This document shows, in pieces, positions 1 to 8,758 of a stretch of 64,000 nt of DNA. Origin of the DNA: Firmicutes bacterium CAG:345 (lineage in GTDB: Bacteria > Bacillota_I > Bacilli_A > RFN20 > CAG-288); NCBI GenBank assembly GCA_000433315.1, contig FR893375.1, positions 10,718 to 74,717 on the forward strand, given 5' to 3'. How positions within the stretch are numbered: the first letter of the stretch is position 1; the number at the start of each line of letters is the position of its first letter. The position numbers were made by a program, and so were the translations under genes. The notes beneath the pieces are model-generated. The model made no database searches and was not told the origin of the DNA. It saw only the letters and a list, made by a program, of their open reading frames with translations.

Positions 1-170
1 GACTTTTAATCTCATTATAAAAAAATCCTTATCAAAAATAATAGAACAAAAGTCCATAGTCTCTATATCTAGAAAATCATCTTTATTAAACTTAAATAAC
101 AACGTTTAATAAAGGTTTTTTTATTTTCCTAACAATAGTAAATTTTTATCAAATTACAAAAAGGAGAAAT

Positions 171-1817
171 ATGAAAAAGATTAATTTACTTTCAGCTTTA
201 TTCTTATGCACTATTCTTGCTTCTTGTGCTTCTGAAAACACTTCTAGTTCTTCCTCATATAGTAGTTCATCAACAATTAGTTCTTCCTCATCTAGTAGTT
301 CATCAACAATTAGTTCTTCATCTTTTGTAGTTAGCTCTGTTTCATCAAGTTCGACTATTTCATCAAGCAGCACATCAAGTTCTAGCATTTCAAATAGTAG
401 TACAAGTTCTTCATCTATTTCTTCTTCAAGTTCTTCATCTATTTCTAGTTCAACAAGCGTTCCAAGTTATGAAGGAAATATTCTTTCTTTAAATTCTAAA
501 AATTTTAATAGTGTTGATGCTTTAGTCCTAAATAATATAACTCCAAATACTCAATACGAATCTGAATTTACTTTTGCTAAAAATGGTTCTTATCTTTCAT
601 CAAAAAGAATTACTGAAATTGAAAAAATTGAAGTTTTAGTATACGGAACATACGATAATTTAAAAATGTATGCTTCTGAAAATGCTGATGAAGAAAAATT
701 AATTACTGCCACAAAAGAAGAAAAAACATCAGAAAATGAAGCTCAGAATAATGTTTTATATACTTATTCTTTTGATACTCCAACAGATGTCTTCTATTTA
801 ACTAACCCTTCTACTTATAATGTCCAAGTCTTTACAATTGATATTTATTATAAAGGACAAATAAATGATGCTGAGCCTGAACCAGTAGAAAAAGACATTA
901 CAATTTCTAGAGCTCTTGAAATCGGAAATGCATTGAGCTCAAGTCGTGGAACAACAGAAACCACTTATATTATCAATGGTGTTGTCACAAATATTTCCGG
1001 AAAAGAAGTTACAATTACTCAGGATGATTCCAGCATTATCGCCTATGTTCCAACACCTGTCGAGAACCTTTATATAGGTTATTCTGTAGCTTTAGAAGGT
1101 AAAATTCAAAATTATTATGGCAAAATAGAAATTGTTGAATTCACACTTTTAGATTATCTTGCTGCAACATATAATGTTGATTTACAAGAATTTGAAAACG
1201 GAATAGTTAATGTATCAAAATCTAGTGATATCAACTATGGTGAAGAAATTACTTTAACTGCTGTCCCTAACGAAGGATATAAAGTCCTATCTTTATTCAT
1301 CGATAACGAAAGACAAAATCTTGATGAAAACAATTCTATTTCTCTAATAATGACTCATAATATTTCAGTAAAAGCTGAATTTATTTCTAATGATGTAGTT
1401 ATCGAAGAAACTGTTACTTTAAAATATGTTTTTGCCGATTATCCTGCAGGAACACAATATGCCACTGAAACTCATAAACTTGATGAAAACACTTCTATAT
1501 CAACTGAAAAAGCTCACTTTACTTCTGAGCTTCGTCTTTATAACAGCTCAACAAATGATAGTGTTGCAACAATACATTCCGCTAAGCCTATTAAATCAAT
1601 TTATTTCAATGCTGGATATAGTGCTTCTGAATTATCAGTTTATGGTTCTACTGATGGAGAAACATTTGAACTTATTTCAGCATTAGTAACAACTTCAGCA
1701 TATAAAGTGCTTTCTCTTGAAAACATTGAAGAATCTTCCTACACATATATTAAGCTTGATGTCACTGGTTCAAAGCAAGTTAGAATTAAAGACTTCAGCA
1801 TTGTAGTTGCAAAATAA
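171..1817 (+). CDS. Surface lipoprotein. Signal peptide with lipobox LASC, a Ser-rich low-complexity linker, an OB-fold-like region (tRNA_anti/nuclease-associated type) and a Listeria-Bacteroides-repeat-like segment.
   Basis: N-terminus MKKINLLSALFLCTILASCAS (lipobox). About 100 aa of poly-Ser/Thr/Ile encoded by a tandem 33/30-nt repeat at 261..323. Motif GVVTNISGKEVTITQDDSSIIAYVP...GKIEIVEF resembles an OB-fold. GEEITLTAVPNEGYKVLSLFIDN resembles a Flg_new repeat. RBS aaaggag lies 6 nt upstream. Confidence 0.6.
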   Translation: MKKINLLSALFLCTILASCASENTSSSSSYSSSSTISSSSSSSSSTISSSSFVVSSVSSSSTISSSSTSSSSISNSSTSSSSISSSSSSSISSSTSVPSYEGNILSLNSKNFNSVDALVLNNITPNTQYESEFTFAKNGSYLSSKRITEIEKIEVLVYGTYDNLKMYASENADEEKLITATKEEKTSENEAQNNVLYTYSFDTPTDVFYLTNPSTYNVQVFTIDIYYKGQINDAEPEPVEKDITISRALEIGNALSSSRGTTETTYIINGVVTNISGKEVTITQDDSSIIAYVPTPVENLYIGYSVALEGKIQNYYGKIEIVEFTLLDYLAATYNVDLQEFENGIVNVSKSSDINYGEEITLTAVPNEGYKVLSLFIDNERQNLDENNSISLIMTHNISVKAEFISNDVVIEETVTLKYVFADYPAGTQYATETHKLDENTSISTEKAHFTSELRLYNSSTNDSVATIHSAKPIKSIYFNAGYSASELSVYGSTDGETFELISALVTTSAYKVLSLENIEESSYTYIKLDVTGSKQVRIKDFSIVVAK

Positions 1818-1822
1818 ATTAA

Positions 1823-1855
1823 AAAGCATCATAAAAGCCTCCCGCAAAAAGGAGG
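1823..1855. terminator. Bidirectional rho-independent terminator between convergent genes.
   Basis: aaaagcctcc-cgcaaaaa-ggaggctttt: a perfect 10-bp GC-containing stem flanked by an A-run (5') and a T-run (3'). Confidence 0.8.
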
Positions 1856-1871
1856 CTTTTTAATTTAATAA

Positions 1872-2984
1872 TTATTTAACTATTTCTAGTTTACCATCGA
1901 CAAGTCGTTTTGTACTTTCTTTATCAAATAAGATAATACTATTTCCAACAAAATCAATTGAAACTTCTTCATTAACTTTATAGTCGATAATACCGAAGAT
2001 AACCGAAGTTAAAATATCTTCTCCAATATCAACCTTGACTGTTGTTTCCATACCAGCAGGAAGAGTTGAATATACTTTAGCTTTTAAACCATCTTCACAG
2101 ATACGGATGAATTCTGGTCTTATTCCTATTACAACATCTTCACTTGGTAATTCAAATTCATTATTTGCTTCAAATCTAGCAACAACATTATGGAATTTAA
2201 CTTCATAAGTATTTCCTTCGATTTGTTTTGCCTTTGCTTGAATAAAATTAATAGCTGGATTACCAACAAAGTCAGCAACAAATAAATTATTAGGATTTGA
2301 ATATACATATAAAGGTGGATCATATTGTTGAAGCAATCCATTTTTCATCAAACAAACTTCAGTAGCAAGAGTCATGGCTTCAAGTTGATCATGTGTAACA
2401 TAAACAAATGTTGAATTAGTTGAAGAATGTAAACGTTTTAATTCCGTTCTCATCTCTAAACGCAATTTAGCATCTAAGTTCGATAAAGGTTCATCCATAA
2501 ATAAAACTTTTGGATTAGGTGCTAGTGTTCTAGCAATAGCAACACGTTGTTGTTGTCCACCTGATAATTGACTTGGATATCTATCAAGATAATCTTCAAT
2601 TTTTAACATTTTGACAAGTTCATCAACTCTTGCTTTAATTTGATCTTTACTCCATTTAAGATTTTCAAGGCCAAAAGCAATATTCTTATAAACTGTCATA
2701 TGTGGCCATAAAGCATAGTTTTGAAATAAGAAACCAACATTTCTTTTAGCAGGAGAAATATTGATACCCTTTTTCGAGTCAAATACTGTAACACCATCGA
2801 TTATAATTTCACCAGATGTTGGAGTTTCAAGACCAGCAATCATTCTAAGTGTGGTAGTTTTACCACAACCTGATGGTCCTAAAAGGGTAACAAATCCACG
2901 ATCTTTGATAACCATATTAAGATTATCTACAGCAATGGAATCTCCCCATTTTTTTGTTATATTTTTTAAAATAATTTCAGGCAT
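1872..2984 (-). CDS. ABC transporter ATP-binding protein, MalK/UgpC/FbpC family with a C-terminal TOBE-like domain.
   Basis: Walker A GPSGCGKTT, signature LSGGQQQRVAIAR, Walker B LFMDEPLSNLD, H-loop VTHDQ. About 130 aa of C-terminal extension typical of MalK-type importers. Confidence 0.9.
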   Translation of the reverse strand: MPEIILKNITKKWGDSIAVDNLNMVIKDRGFVTLLGPSGCGKTTTLRMIAGLETPTSGEIIIDGVTVFDSKKGINISPAKRNVGFLFQNYALWPHMTVYKNIAFGLENLKWSKDQIKARVDELVKMLKIEDYLDRYPSQLSGGQQQRVAIARTLAPNPKVLFMDEPLSNLDAKLRLEMRTELKRLHSSTNSTFVYVTHDQLEAMTLATEVCLMKNGLLQQYDPPLYVYSNPNNLFVADFVGNPAINFIQAKAKQIEGNTYEVKFHNVVARFEANNEFELPSEDVVIGIRPEFIRICEDGLKAKVYSTLPAGMETTVKVDIGEDILTSVIFGIIDYKVNEEVSIDFVGNSIILFDKESTKRLVDGKLEIVK

Positions 2985-2987
2985 ATA

Positions 2988-4871
2988 TTAACCTCCTACA
3001 CCTTTATCAATAGAAGCTCCTGTTAATTTATTAACTACAACATTAATAATTAAAACCGAGAGAATGATAATTAAATTGATACCATTACTAATTTGTGTAC
3101 AATCATATTTTTCATAGTTTTGTAAAACTGCTGTTAAAATTGTACTACTACCTGTTAATAAAACGAATAAGGTCAACTCTCTCATACAGGAAACAAATGG
3201 TAGCAAATATCCTGAAATGAAACTTGATTTTTGAATAGGGAATAAAACCTTCACCATTCTCTTCCACCAAGGAACCCCAACAATTATTGCAGCTTCTTCG
3301 ATTTCATTCGATAATTGAAGCATAGCATTTGTTCCTGATTTAGAAGCAAAAGGTAAAAATTTAATAGAGCCAACAACAATGAGTAACACTAAAGAACCAT
3401 TTAAGAAACTTAATGCACTAGTATAAGAAAGAATCAAATATATAGTAGCGAATGACATTGCTGGAATTAAGTAAGGCAAGAAAGCTAAATTACTGACATA
3501 GTTAGATAATTTACTTCCACGTCTTTTAGCAACACCATATCCTACTAAAATACCAAACGTTCCAGCAATAAATGCACAGACAATAGAAATCCATAAAGAA
3601 TTTAAGAAAGCTTTCCAGATATCAGCATTTCTTAAAATACCAACAGATCCATAAATTGACTCATTAGTTTGTTCTGTTGTAATCCAATAATATAATGTAA
3701 ATGTTGAATAATCACCAGAAACTCTTAAGAATGATTCAAGAGCAAACGATACAAGAGGAATAATGGCAAAGAAAGCTGCATATAAAACAACAATTGTAGT
3801 AATAACTGGTTTTGCAACTTTTCCAAGTTTAACAAGAGAAATTTGTGAAGATTTACCTGTTACTGTGGTAAATGATCTTTTTGAATTAGTAATAAATTGA
3901 TTAAATAAGAGAATTACAATACTGAATAACATCAATACTGTAGCCATAACATAACCTTGACCTTTATATTGAGAACCATTAATAAGATTCTTCATTTGTA
4001 AAGAAAGAGTCATGAAACCACTTTTTGTTCCTAAAAATGCAGGAACTGTATAACTACTAATAGAACTAGCAAAAACTAATAATACTGTAGAAATAAGAGC
4101 AGGCATAACAATTGGTAAAGTGATTCTTCTTAAAATTTTGAATCGAGAAGCTTTCAAAATTGTAGCAGCCTCTTCTAAGTTTGCATCCATATTTCGCAAA
4201 ATACCACCAATTAAGATATAAGCAAATGGTGCATAGTGAATACCTAAACATATTGCACAAGGCCAGAATCCATAAACAAAGCTCGCTGGTACAGCAATAT
4301 GTGTCAGTGATTGGAGCATCCCTACTTGAGCTTGGGTGCCTTCCAAATAAACATTATTTTTGAAAAAGTTTTCCCAGAACATTGCAATCGACCAACTTGG
4401 CATAATATATGGGAAAACAAATACAGTTGAAATAAATTTTTTAGCTGGGAAATCACTTCTTGTAATAAGCCAAGCAATTCCTCCACCAACAAATAATGAA
4501 ATAAGACAAGCAACTAAAGCCATCAATACTGAATTTAATAAAGGCTTATAAAATACGTTGATAGAATAATAATAGTCTTCTTTTGATACTTCAGAAAATA
4601 TACCTATCCAATGGTCCATAGTTAGTGCACCAACAGCCTTATGAAGTCTTAATGATTCACCTTGATGGACAAGAATTGTATTATATAGAAGATATACTAA
4701 AGGAATAACAACAGTAATAGTTAATAATATTGCAAAAATAACTAATATAATATTTGATGGTTTAGAAAAATATGTTTTCAATGCATTTAATATTTTTCCA
4801 AACTTAGACAATTCATCTTTATTTTTGCCCTCAGGAGTCTTATTTTCATCTAAAGATAATGTTTCGTTCAT
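2988..4871 (-). CDS. ABC transporter permease, fused two-domain type (FbpB/ThiP/PotBC-like).
   Basis: 627 aa with about 12 predicted TM helices. Two copies of the binding-protein-dependent transport (EAA-loop) domain. Sits directly between the SBP and ATPase genes. Confidence 0.8.
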   Translation of the reverse strand: MNETLSLDENKTPEGKNKDELSKFGKILNALKTYFSKPSNIILVIFAILLTITVVIPLVYLLYNTILVHQGESLRLHKAVGALTMDHWIGIFSEVSKEDYYYSINVFYKPLLNSVLMALVACLISLFVGGGIAWLITRSDFPAKKFISTVFVFPYIMPSWSIAMFWENFFKNNVYLEGTQAQVGMLQSLTHIAVPASFVYGFWPCAICLGIHYAPFAYILIGGILRNMDANLEEAATILKASRFKILRRITLPIVMPALISTVLLVFASSISSYTVPAFLGTKSGFMTLSLQMKNLINGSQYKGQGYVMATVLMLFSIVILLFNQFITNSKRSFTTVTGKSSQISLVKLGKVAKPVITTIVVLYAAFFAIIPLVSFALESFLRVSGDYSTFTLYYWITTEQTNESIYGSVGILRNADIWKAFLNSLWISIVCAFIAGTFGILVGYGVAKRRGSKLSNYVSNLAFLPYLIPAMSFATIYLILSYTSALSFLNGSLVLLIVVGSIKFLPFASKSGTNAMLQLSNEIEEAAIIVGVPWWKRMVKVLFPIQKSSFISGYLLPFVSCMRELTLFVLLTGSSTILTAVLQNYEKYDCTQISNGINLIIILSVLIINVVVNKLTGASIDKGVGG

Positions 4872-4884
4872 TTTTACTCCTTAT

Positions 4885-4911
4885 CTTAGATAAAGTGGTG
4901 CAACTTTAAGC
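4885..4911. other. Intercistronic stem-loop between the SBP and permease genes. Possibly a partial terminator or mRNA stabiliser.
   Basis: agtggtgca-actttaagc-tgcaccact: perfect 9-bp stem. Confidence 0.4.
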
Positions 4912-4942
4912 TGCACCACTAAACTTCTTTTTTTAAAATTTA

Positions 4943-6163
4943 TTATTTGCCTTCGTATTGTTTGACAAATTTAGAAACATCGCCATAATTTTGAGCAACA
5001 ATTGTTGGATCTTCAACAACTAAGCGATCTTTCCACCATGCTAATTCTTTATCATTAGAAGCAATAGTAGTTGTGTGGTTAGTTGAATAATAACCAGCTT
5101 TTGATCCCCAAGCATTTTCAAATCCAGCCTTGGAAGTAATATAGCTTACTAATGCACAAGCTGCATAAGGATATTTAGCATTCGCAGCAACCATTGAATA
5201 CATCTTATAGCAAAATCCACCAAAACCATCAACTTTATTGTCACCTAATTCAATAGATGGGAAAGTCAAGTTAGCAACGTTTTCTTTTCCATAACCTTCT
5301 TCATCTTTTAAGTCTTTGATCTTATTATAATTGACTAAAGCAACTGTACCACCTTTAGCTTTTGCGGTATCTTTACAAGCAGTACCATCAGAGCTATGTG
5401 CTTGAGAATTCTTTAAGAATTCAGCAATCCATTTATAACCAATATTCTTATAATCTGATTCAGCAACATAATCTTTATGATAGAAATTCTTATATGCTAC
5501 TGTTAACTTATCAACCCATTCTTTAGAAGTTAACATAGTTAAGAAATTCATATTAACGTTTTCAGTAGTAGGAGTTTTAAATGATGGATTAGCAATATGT
5601 CCTTCATCGCTTGCAGAACCAGCAAGTTGCCAGACATTTGTTAAATAATTAGTTAATGAATGTTCTGTACCTTCACTATTGTAGTTATTGTACATGAAGA
5701 CTTTGTTCAAATAGACTGCTGCCATTGGAACAGTATCATCAGCTGCAACATTTTGTGCTGCTTCTTTTGGTACAAAGTTCAATAAATAATTTGGTGCAAG
5801 CATTTCACTTTGGAGCATATTACCATCTTGTAATAAGACCATATCTGCAATATAACTCTTACTTTGGAAAGCTGTTGACAAATGATTATATAAGTCGGCA
5901 TCACCTTCTTTAGTATTATTAACCTTAATACCTGTTTCTTCTGTAAAGGCTAAAATAGCTTTTTCTAATTGAGAAGAGTTTCCATAAACACTTACGGTAT
6001 TATTTCCTACTTCTTCTTTAGCCTTTGCAACAAGTTCAGCATAACTTAACTTTTCAGCATCTGAAATTGCCTCATTTTTGTTATTATTTCCAGAATTAGG
6101 AGAACAAGCTGCTAACATTGAACAAGCTGCCAATAAAACTGGAACAAATTTTTTCATTTTCAT
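4943..6163 (-). CDS. ABC transporter substrate-binding lipoprotein (family-1 SBP; Fe3+/thiamine/polyamine type, Mycoplasma p37-like).
   Basis: Lipoprotein signal MKMKKFVPVLLAACSMLAACSP. VSVYGNSSQLEKAILAFTEETGIKV resembles the N-terminus of family-1 SBPs. Heads an operon with a fused permease and a MalK-like ATPase. Confidence 0.65.
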   Translation of the reverse strand: MKMKKFVPVLLAACSMLAACSPNSGNNNKNEAISDAEKLSYAELVAKAKEEVGNNTVSVYGNSSQLEKAILAFTEETGIKVNNTKEGDADLYNHLSTAFQSKSYIADMVLLQDGNMLQSEMLAPNYLLNFVPKEAAQNVAADDTVPMAAVYLNKVFMYNNYNSEGTEHSLTNYLTNVWQLAGSASDEGHIANPSFKTPTTENVNMNFLTMLTSKEWVDKLTVAYKNFYHKDYVAESDYKNIGYKWIAEFLKNSQAHSSDGTACKDTAKAKGGTVALVNYNKIKDLKDEEGYGKENVANLTFPSIELGDNKVDGFGGFCYKMYSMVAANAKYPYAACALVSYITSKAGFENAWGSKAGYYSTNHTTTIASNDKELAWWKDRLVVEDPTIVAQNYGDVSKFVKQYEGK

Positions 6164-6346
6164 ATTTTCCTCCCGTGCTGAAACAAATGAATAATTTCAA
6201 CACACATATACTACAACCCTCTTTTTGTATTTTCAAGTAAGCGTTTACATTTTCTATACATTTTCTTTACAAAAAGTTTAAAAAGCGCTTAAAAAATCTT
6301 TATTTTGAATTTTTGAATGATATACTTATTAAGAGAGGCAATTAAA

Positions 6347-7213
6347 ATGAGTTTAGAAAATTTAAATAAAATGCTAAAAGATGCAGAAGATAATAACTAT
6401 GCCGTTCCCCAATTTAACGTTTGGAATTTAGAATGGATTTCTGCTGTTCTAGATAAATGCCAAGAACTAAAAACTCCTGTAATTCTTGGCGTATCACAAA
6501 ATGGTGCTAAATATATGGGTGGATTTTATGTCGTTACTCAAATGATAAAAGCATATATAAAGAAAAATAACATAACAATTCCTGTCGCAATTCATCTTGA
6601 CCACGCTTCTTCTTTTGAAGCATGTAAAGAAGCTATAGATGAAGGCTTTACTTCTGTAATGATAGATGCTTCAAGAAAACCTTTTGAAGAAAATTTAGAC
6701 ATTACCAAAAAAGTGGTTGAATATGCTCATCCAAGAAATGTTACAGTTGAAGCAGAACTTGGAAAGGTTGGAGGAAAGGAAGAAGAAGTAGTCGCTGAAT
6801 CTTTCTACGCTGATAAAAATGAATGCTTAAAGATGGTACAAGAAGCAAAAATTGATGCTCTTGCTCCTGCACTTGGATCTCAACATGGTTTTTATAAAGG
6901 CGAACCAAAATTAGGTTTAAAAGAAATGAAAGAAATACATGATTTGGTCAAATTACCTTTGGTTTTACATGGCGGTTCAGGAATTCCAGATGATCAAATT
7001 AAACAAACTATTAATTACGGAACGGTTAAAATTAACATCAATACAGATTGCCTTTGTGCTTGGGTTAAAATTGTTCATGAAATAATAAAAGAAAATCCAC
7101 AAGAAATAGATCCAAGAAAAATTATCGGACCTGGTAAAAAAGGAATACAAGATGTTATAGAAAATCGTTGTCTAGTTTTCGGATCCATTGGAAAGGCAAA
7201 TATCAATGGATAA
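6347..7213 (+). CDS. fba: Fructose-bisphosphate aldolase, class II.
   Basis: MSLENLNKMLKDAEDNNYAVPQFNVWNLEW..., HLDHASSFE, LHGGSG motifs. Start moved to the ATG at 6347 with RBS agagagg. Confidence 0.9.
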   Translation: MSLENLNKMLKDAEDNNYAVPQFNVWNLEWISAVLDKCQELKTPVILGVSQNGAKYMGGFYVVTQMIKAYIKKNNITIPVAIHLDHASSFEACKEAIDEGFTSVMIDASRKPFEENLDITKKVVEYAHPRNVTVEAELGKVGGKEEEVVAESFYADKNECLKMVQEAKIDALAPALGSQHGFYKGEPKLGLKEMKEIHDLVKLPLVLHGGSGIPDDQIKQTINYGTVKININTDCLCAWVKIVHEIIKENPQEIDPRKIIGPGKKGIQDVIENRCLVFGSIGKANING

Positions 7214-7946
7214 TCCTGGACTTTTCCAAGAAAGCAATAAAAAATATTCCATTACAAAAAGAATGATAATCTTCTTGATAGATGGAATATTAACTATCGG
7301 TACAATCTTCGCTTTATTTTTCGGAATATGCCAATTTATCATTCCTTCTTTAGCACATAATGAAATTTATAAATTAAATTCTTGGTATCAAGAAATTTGT
7401 ATTTCAGAAAATGTTCCTTATACAGAAGGAACATATGGAATTTACAAAGTTGATTCTAAAAAATATATATTGCAGCTTTCCGAACAAGGTATAGAAGAAG
7501 ATAAATTAATGGATACTTATCTTCAGAAAGTAGATGAGTTAGATGATAAATTAGCTAAAGTTGATGGTTACACTGAAACATATAGAAAATTCAATAGCAT
7601 TTATCTTTTGAATTTTATAAGTTGCATTTGCGTAAGTACTTTAATTTTTGAATTAATCATTCCTCTTTGCAATAAAAGACATAAAACTATTGGCATGATG
7701 ATTTTCAAATCAAATTTAGTAAATAGAGATAATATCGTTGCAAGTAACTCTAAAATTCTTTTGCGTTTCTTATTTATACAAATTATTGAATTAATTGCAG
7801 TATATCTTCTTATAAATTGGATAGGTATCCTTTTTGAAACATTAATTACTTTAGTATTAATATCTTTTACTGGAAATAGATATGCTTTGCACGATTTAGT
7901 TACAAATCTTCATGTTGAGGAACAATCAAAAAGCTTTACTGAATAA
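7206..7946 (+). CDS. RDD-family membrane protein with an inserted extracytoplasmic domain.
   Basis: KRMIIFLIDGILT (RDD signature), TM, a ~120-aa insert, TM segments, then KRHKTIGMMIFK. Same architecture as 58501..59637 and 59630..60670. Confidence 0.6.
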   Translation: MDNPGLFQESNKKYSITKRMIIFLIDGILTIGTIFALFFGICQFIIPSLAHNEIYKLNSWYQEICISENVPYTEGTYGIYKVDSKKYILQLSEQGIEEDKLMDTYLQKVDELDDKLAKVDGYTETYRKFNSIYLLNFISCICVSTLIFELIIPLCNKRHKTIGMMIFKSNLVNRDNIVASNSKILLRFLFIQIIELIAVYLLINWIGILFETLITLVLISFTGNRYALHDLVTNLHVEEQSKSFTE

Positions 7947-7995
7947 AGTGAACATATTTAATATGTTCACTTTTTTATAATAGAAAGAGAAAATT

Positions 7996-8649
7996 ATGAA
8001 CTATAATGAAGAATTTTTTACAAGATTACAAGAATTAATCAATCAATATAAAAATATTGATATTTCCGAAAATACTTTACTAATCGGAGCCTCACACTTT
8101 ACTTTTTGGAAGGAAAAGGCAGAAGAAGATCTTTCGCCTAACCTTAAAGCAATAAATTTTGGCATCGGAGGAACAACCGCTTTATTTTGGAAAATCAATA
8201 TGAATTTATTTAAAACTTTCAAATATCAACCCAAAAATATTTTATTGTCTATCGGTGGAAATGATATATCACAAAATTGTTCAAATGTAGAAACAATAAA
8301 TAGAATAATTTCTGTATTCAATCAAATCAAAGATATTTTTCCAAAAACTAATATGTACTTTGTTGGTATGTTTTCTAGCCCTTGTAAAATTAAAGATGGA
8401 AGAAATCAAAAGCAAAAAGAAGTATCTTTAGCAATTGATCAATATATTGAAACTGAAAAGGATAAAAATCTATTTTATATAGATACCCATAATTTTGTAT
8501 ATAAAAACAATAGTAATATTTTCGATAACGCTTATAATAAAAATATTGACTTAAATTTATTTTTAGATGATAATCTTCACCTTAATCAAAATGGATTCAA
8601 GCTTTTTGGTGAAACAATAAAAAAGTATTTTACTAGTAAATATCAATAA
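7996..8649 (+). CDS. SGNH/GDSL-family hydrolase, cytoplasmic.
   Basis: Blocks I LLIGASHFTFW, II GIGGTT, III SIGGNDIS, V DDNLHLNQNG. No signal peptide. Confidence 0.7.
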   Translation: MNYNEEFFTRLQELINQYKNIDISENTLLIGASHFTFWKEKAEEDLSPNLKAINFGIGGTTALFWKINMNLFKTFKYQPKNILLSIGGNDISQNCSNVETINRIISVFNQIKDIFPKTNMYFVGMFSSPCKIKDGRNQKQKEVSLAIDQYIETEKDKNLFYIDTHNFVYKNNSNIFDNAYNKNIDLNLFLDDNLHLNQNGFKLFGETIKKYFTSKYQ

Positions 8650-8758
8650 ACATTTTATTTATAAAAGTAAAAGTTGTTTCTATTGTTTAGCTATTTTATG
8701 CAATAAAAAAACTATTGTTATCAATATTAGTTATACTGAAAGCAATAGTTTTTATTTT

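Noticed and set aside
149-388. 79-aa minus-strand ORF (MLELDVLLDEIVELDETEL...) overlapping the start of the 171..1817 lipoprotein.
   Set aside because: It is the antisense reading of the Ser-codon repeat (AGT/TCT), giving artefactual Glu/Leu/Asp repeats. It has no RBS and sits entirely inside a well-supported gene.
1426-1686. 86-aa plus-strand alternative-frame ORF inside the 171..1817 gene.
   Set aside because: Internal out-of-frame ORF with hydrophobic AT-rich composition and no RBS. The host frame has consistent domain similarity.
4066-4551. Cluster of short ORFs on both strands within 2988..4871 (4066..4260-, 4181..4363+, 4322..4513-, 4360..4551+).
   Set aside because: All are internal to the fused permease gene in other frames. 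The permease frame is continuous for 627 codons with two EAA-type domains.
6164-6316. Possible TPP riboswitch upstream of the p37-like SBP gene, considered because p37-type importers can be thiamine-related.
   Set aside because: No CUGAGA/THI-box elements on the minus strand of this intergenic region. Only AT-rich promoter-like sequence.
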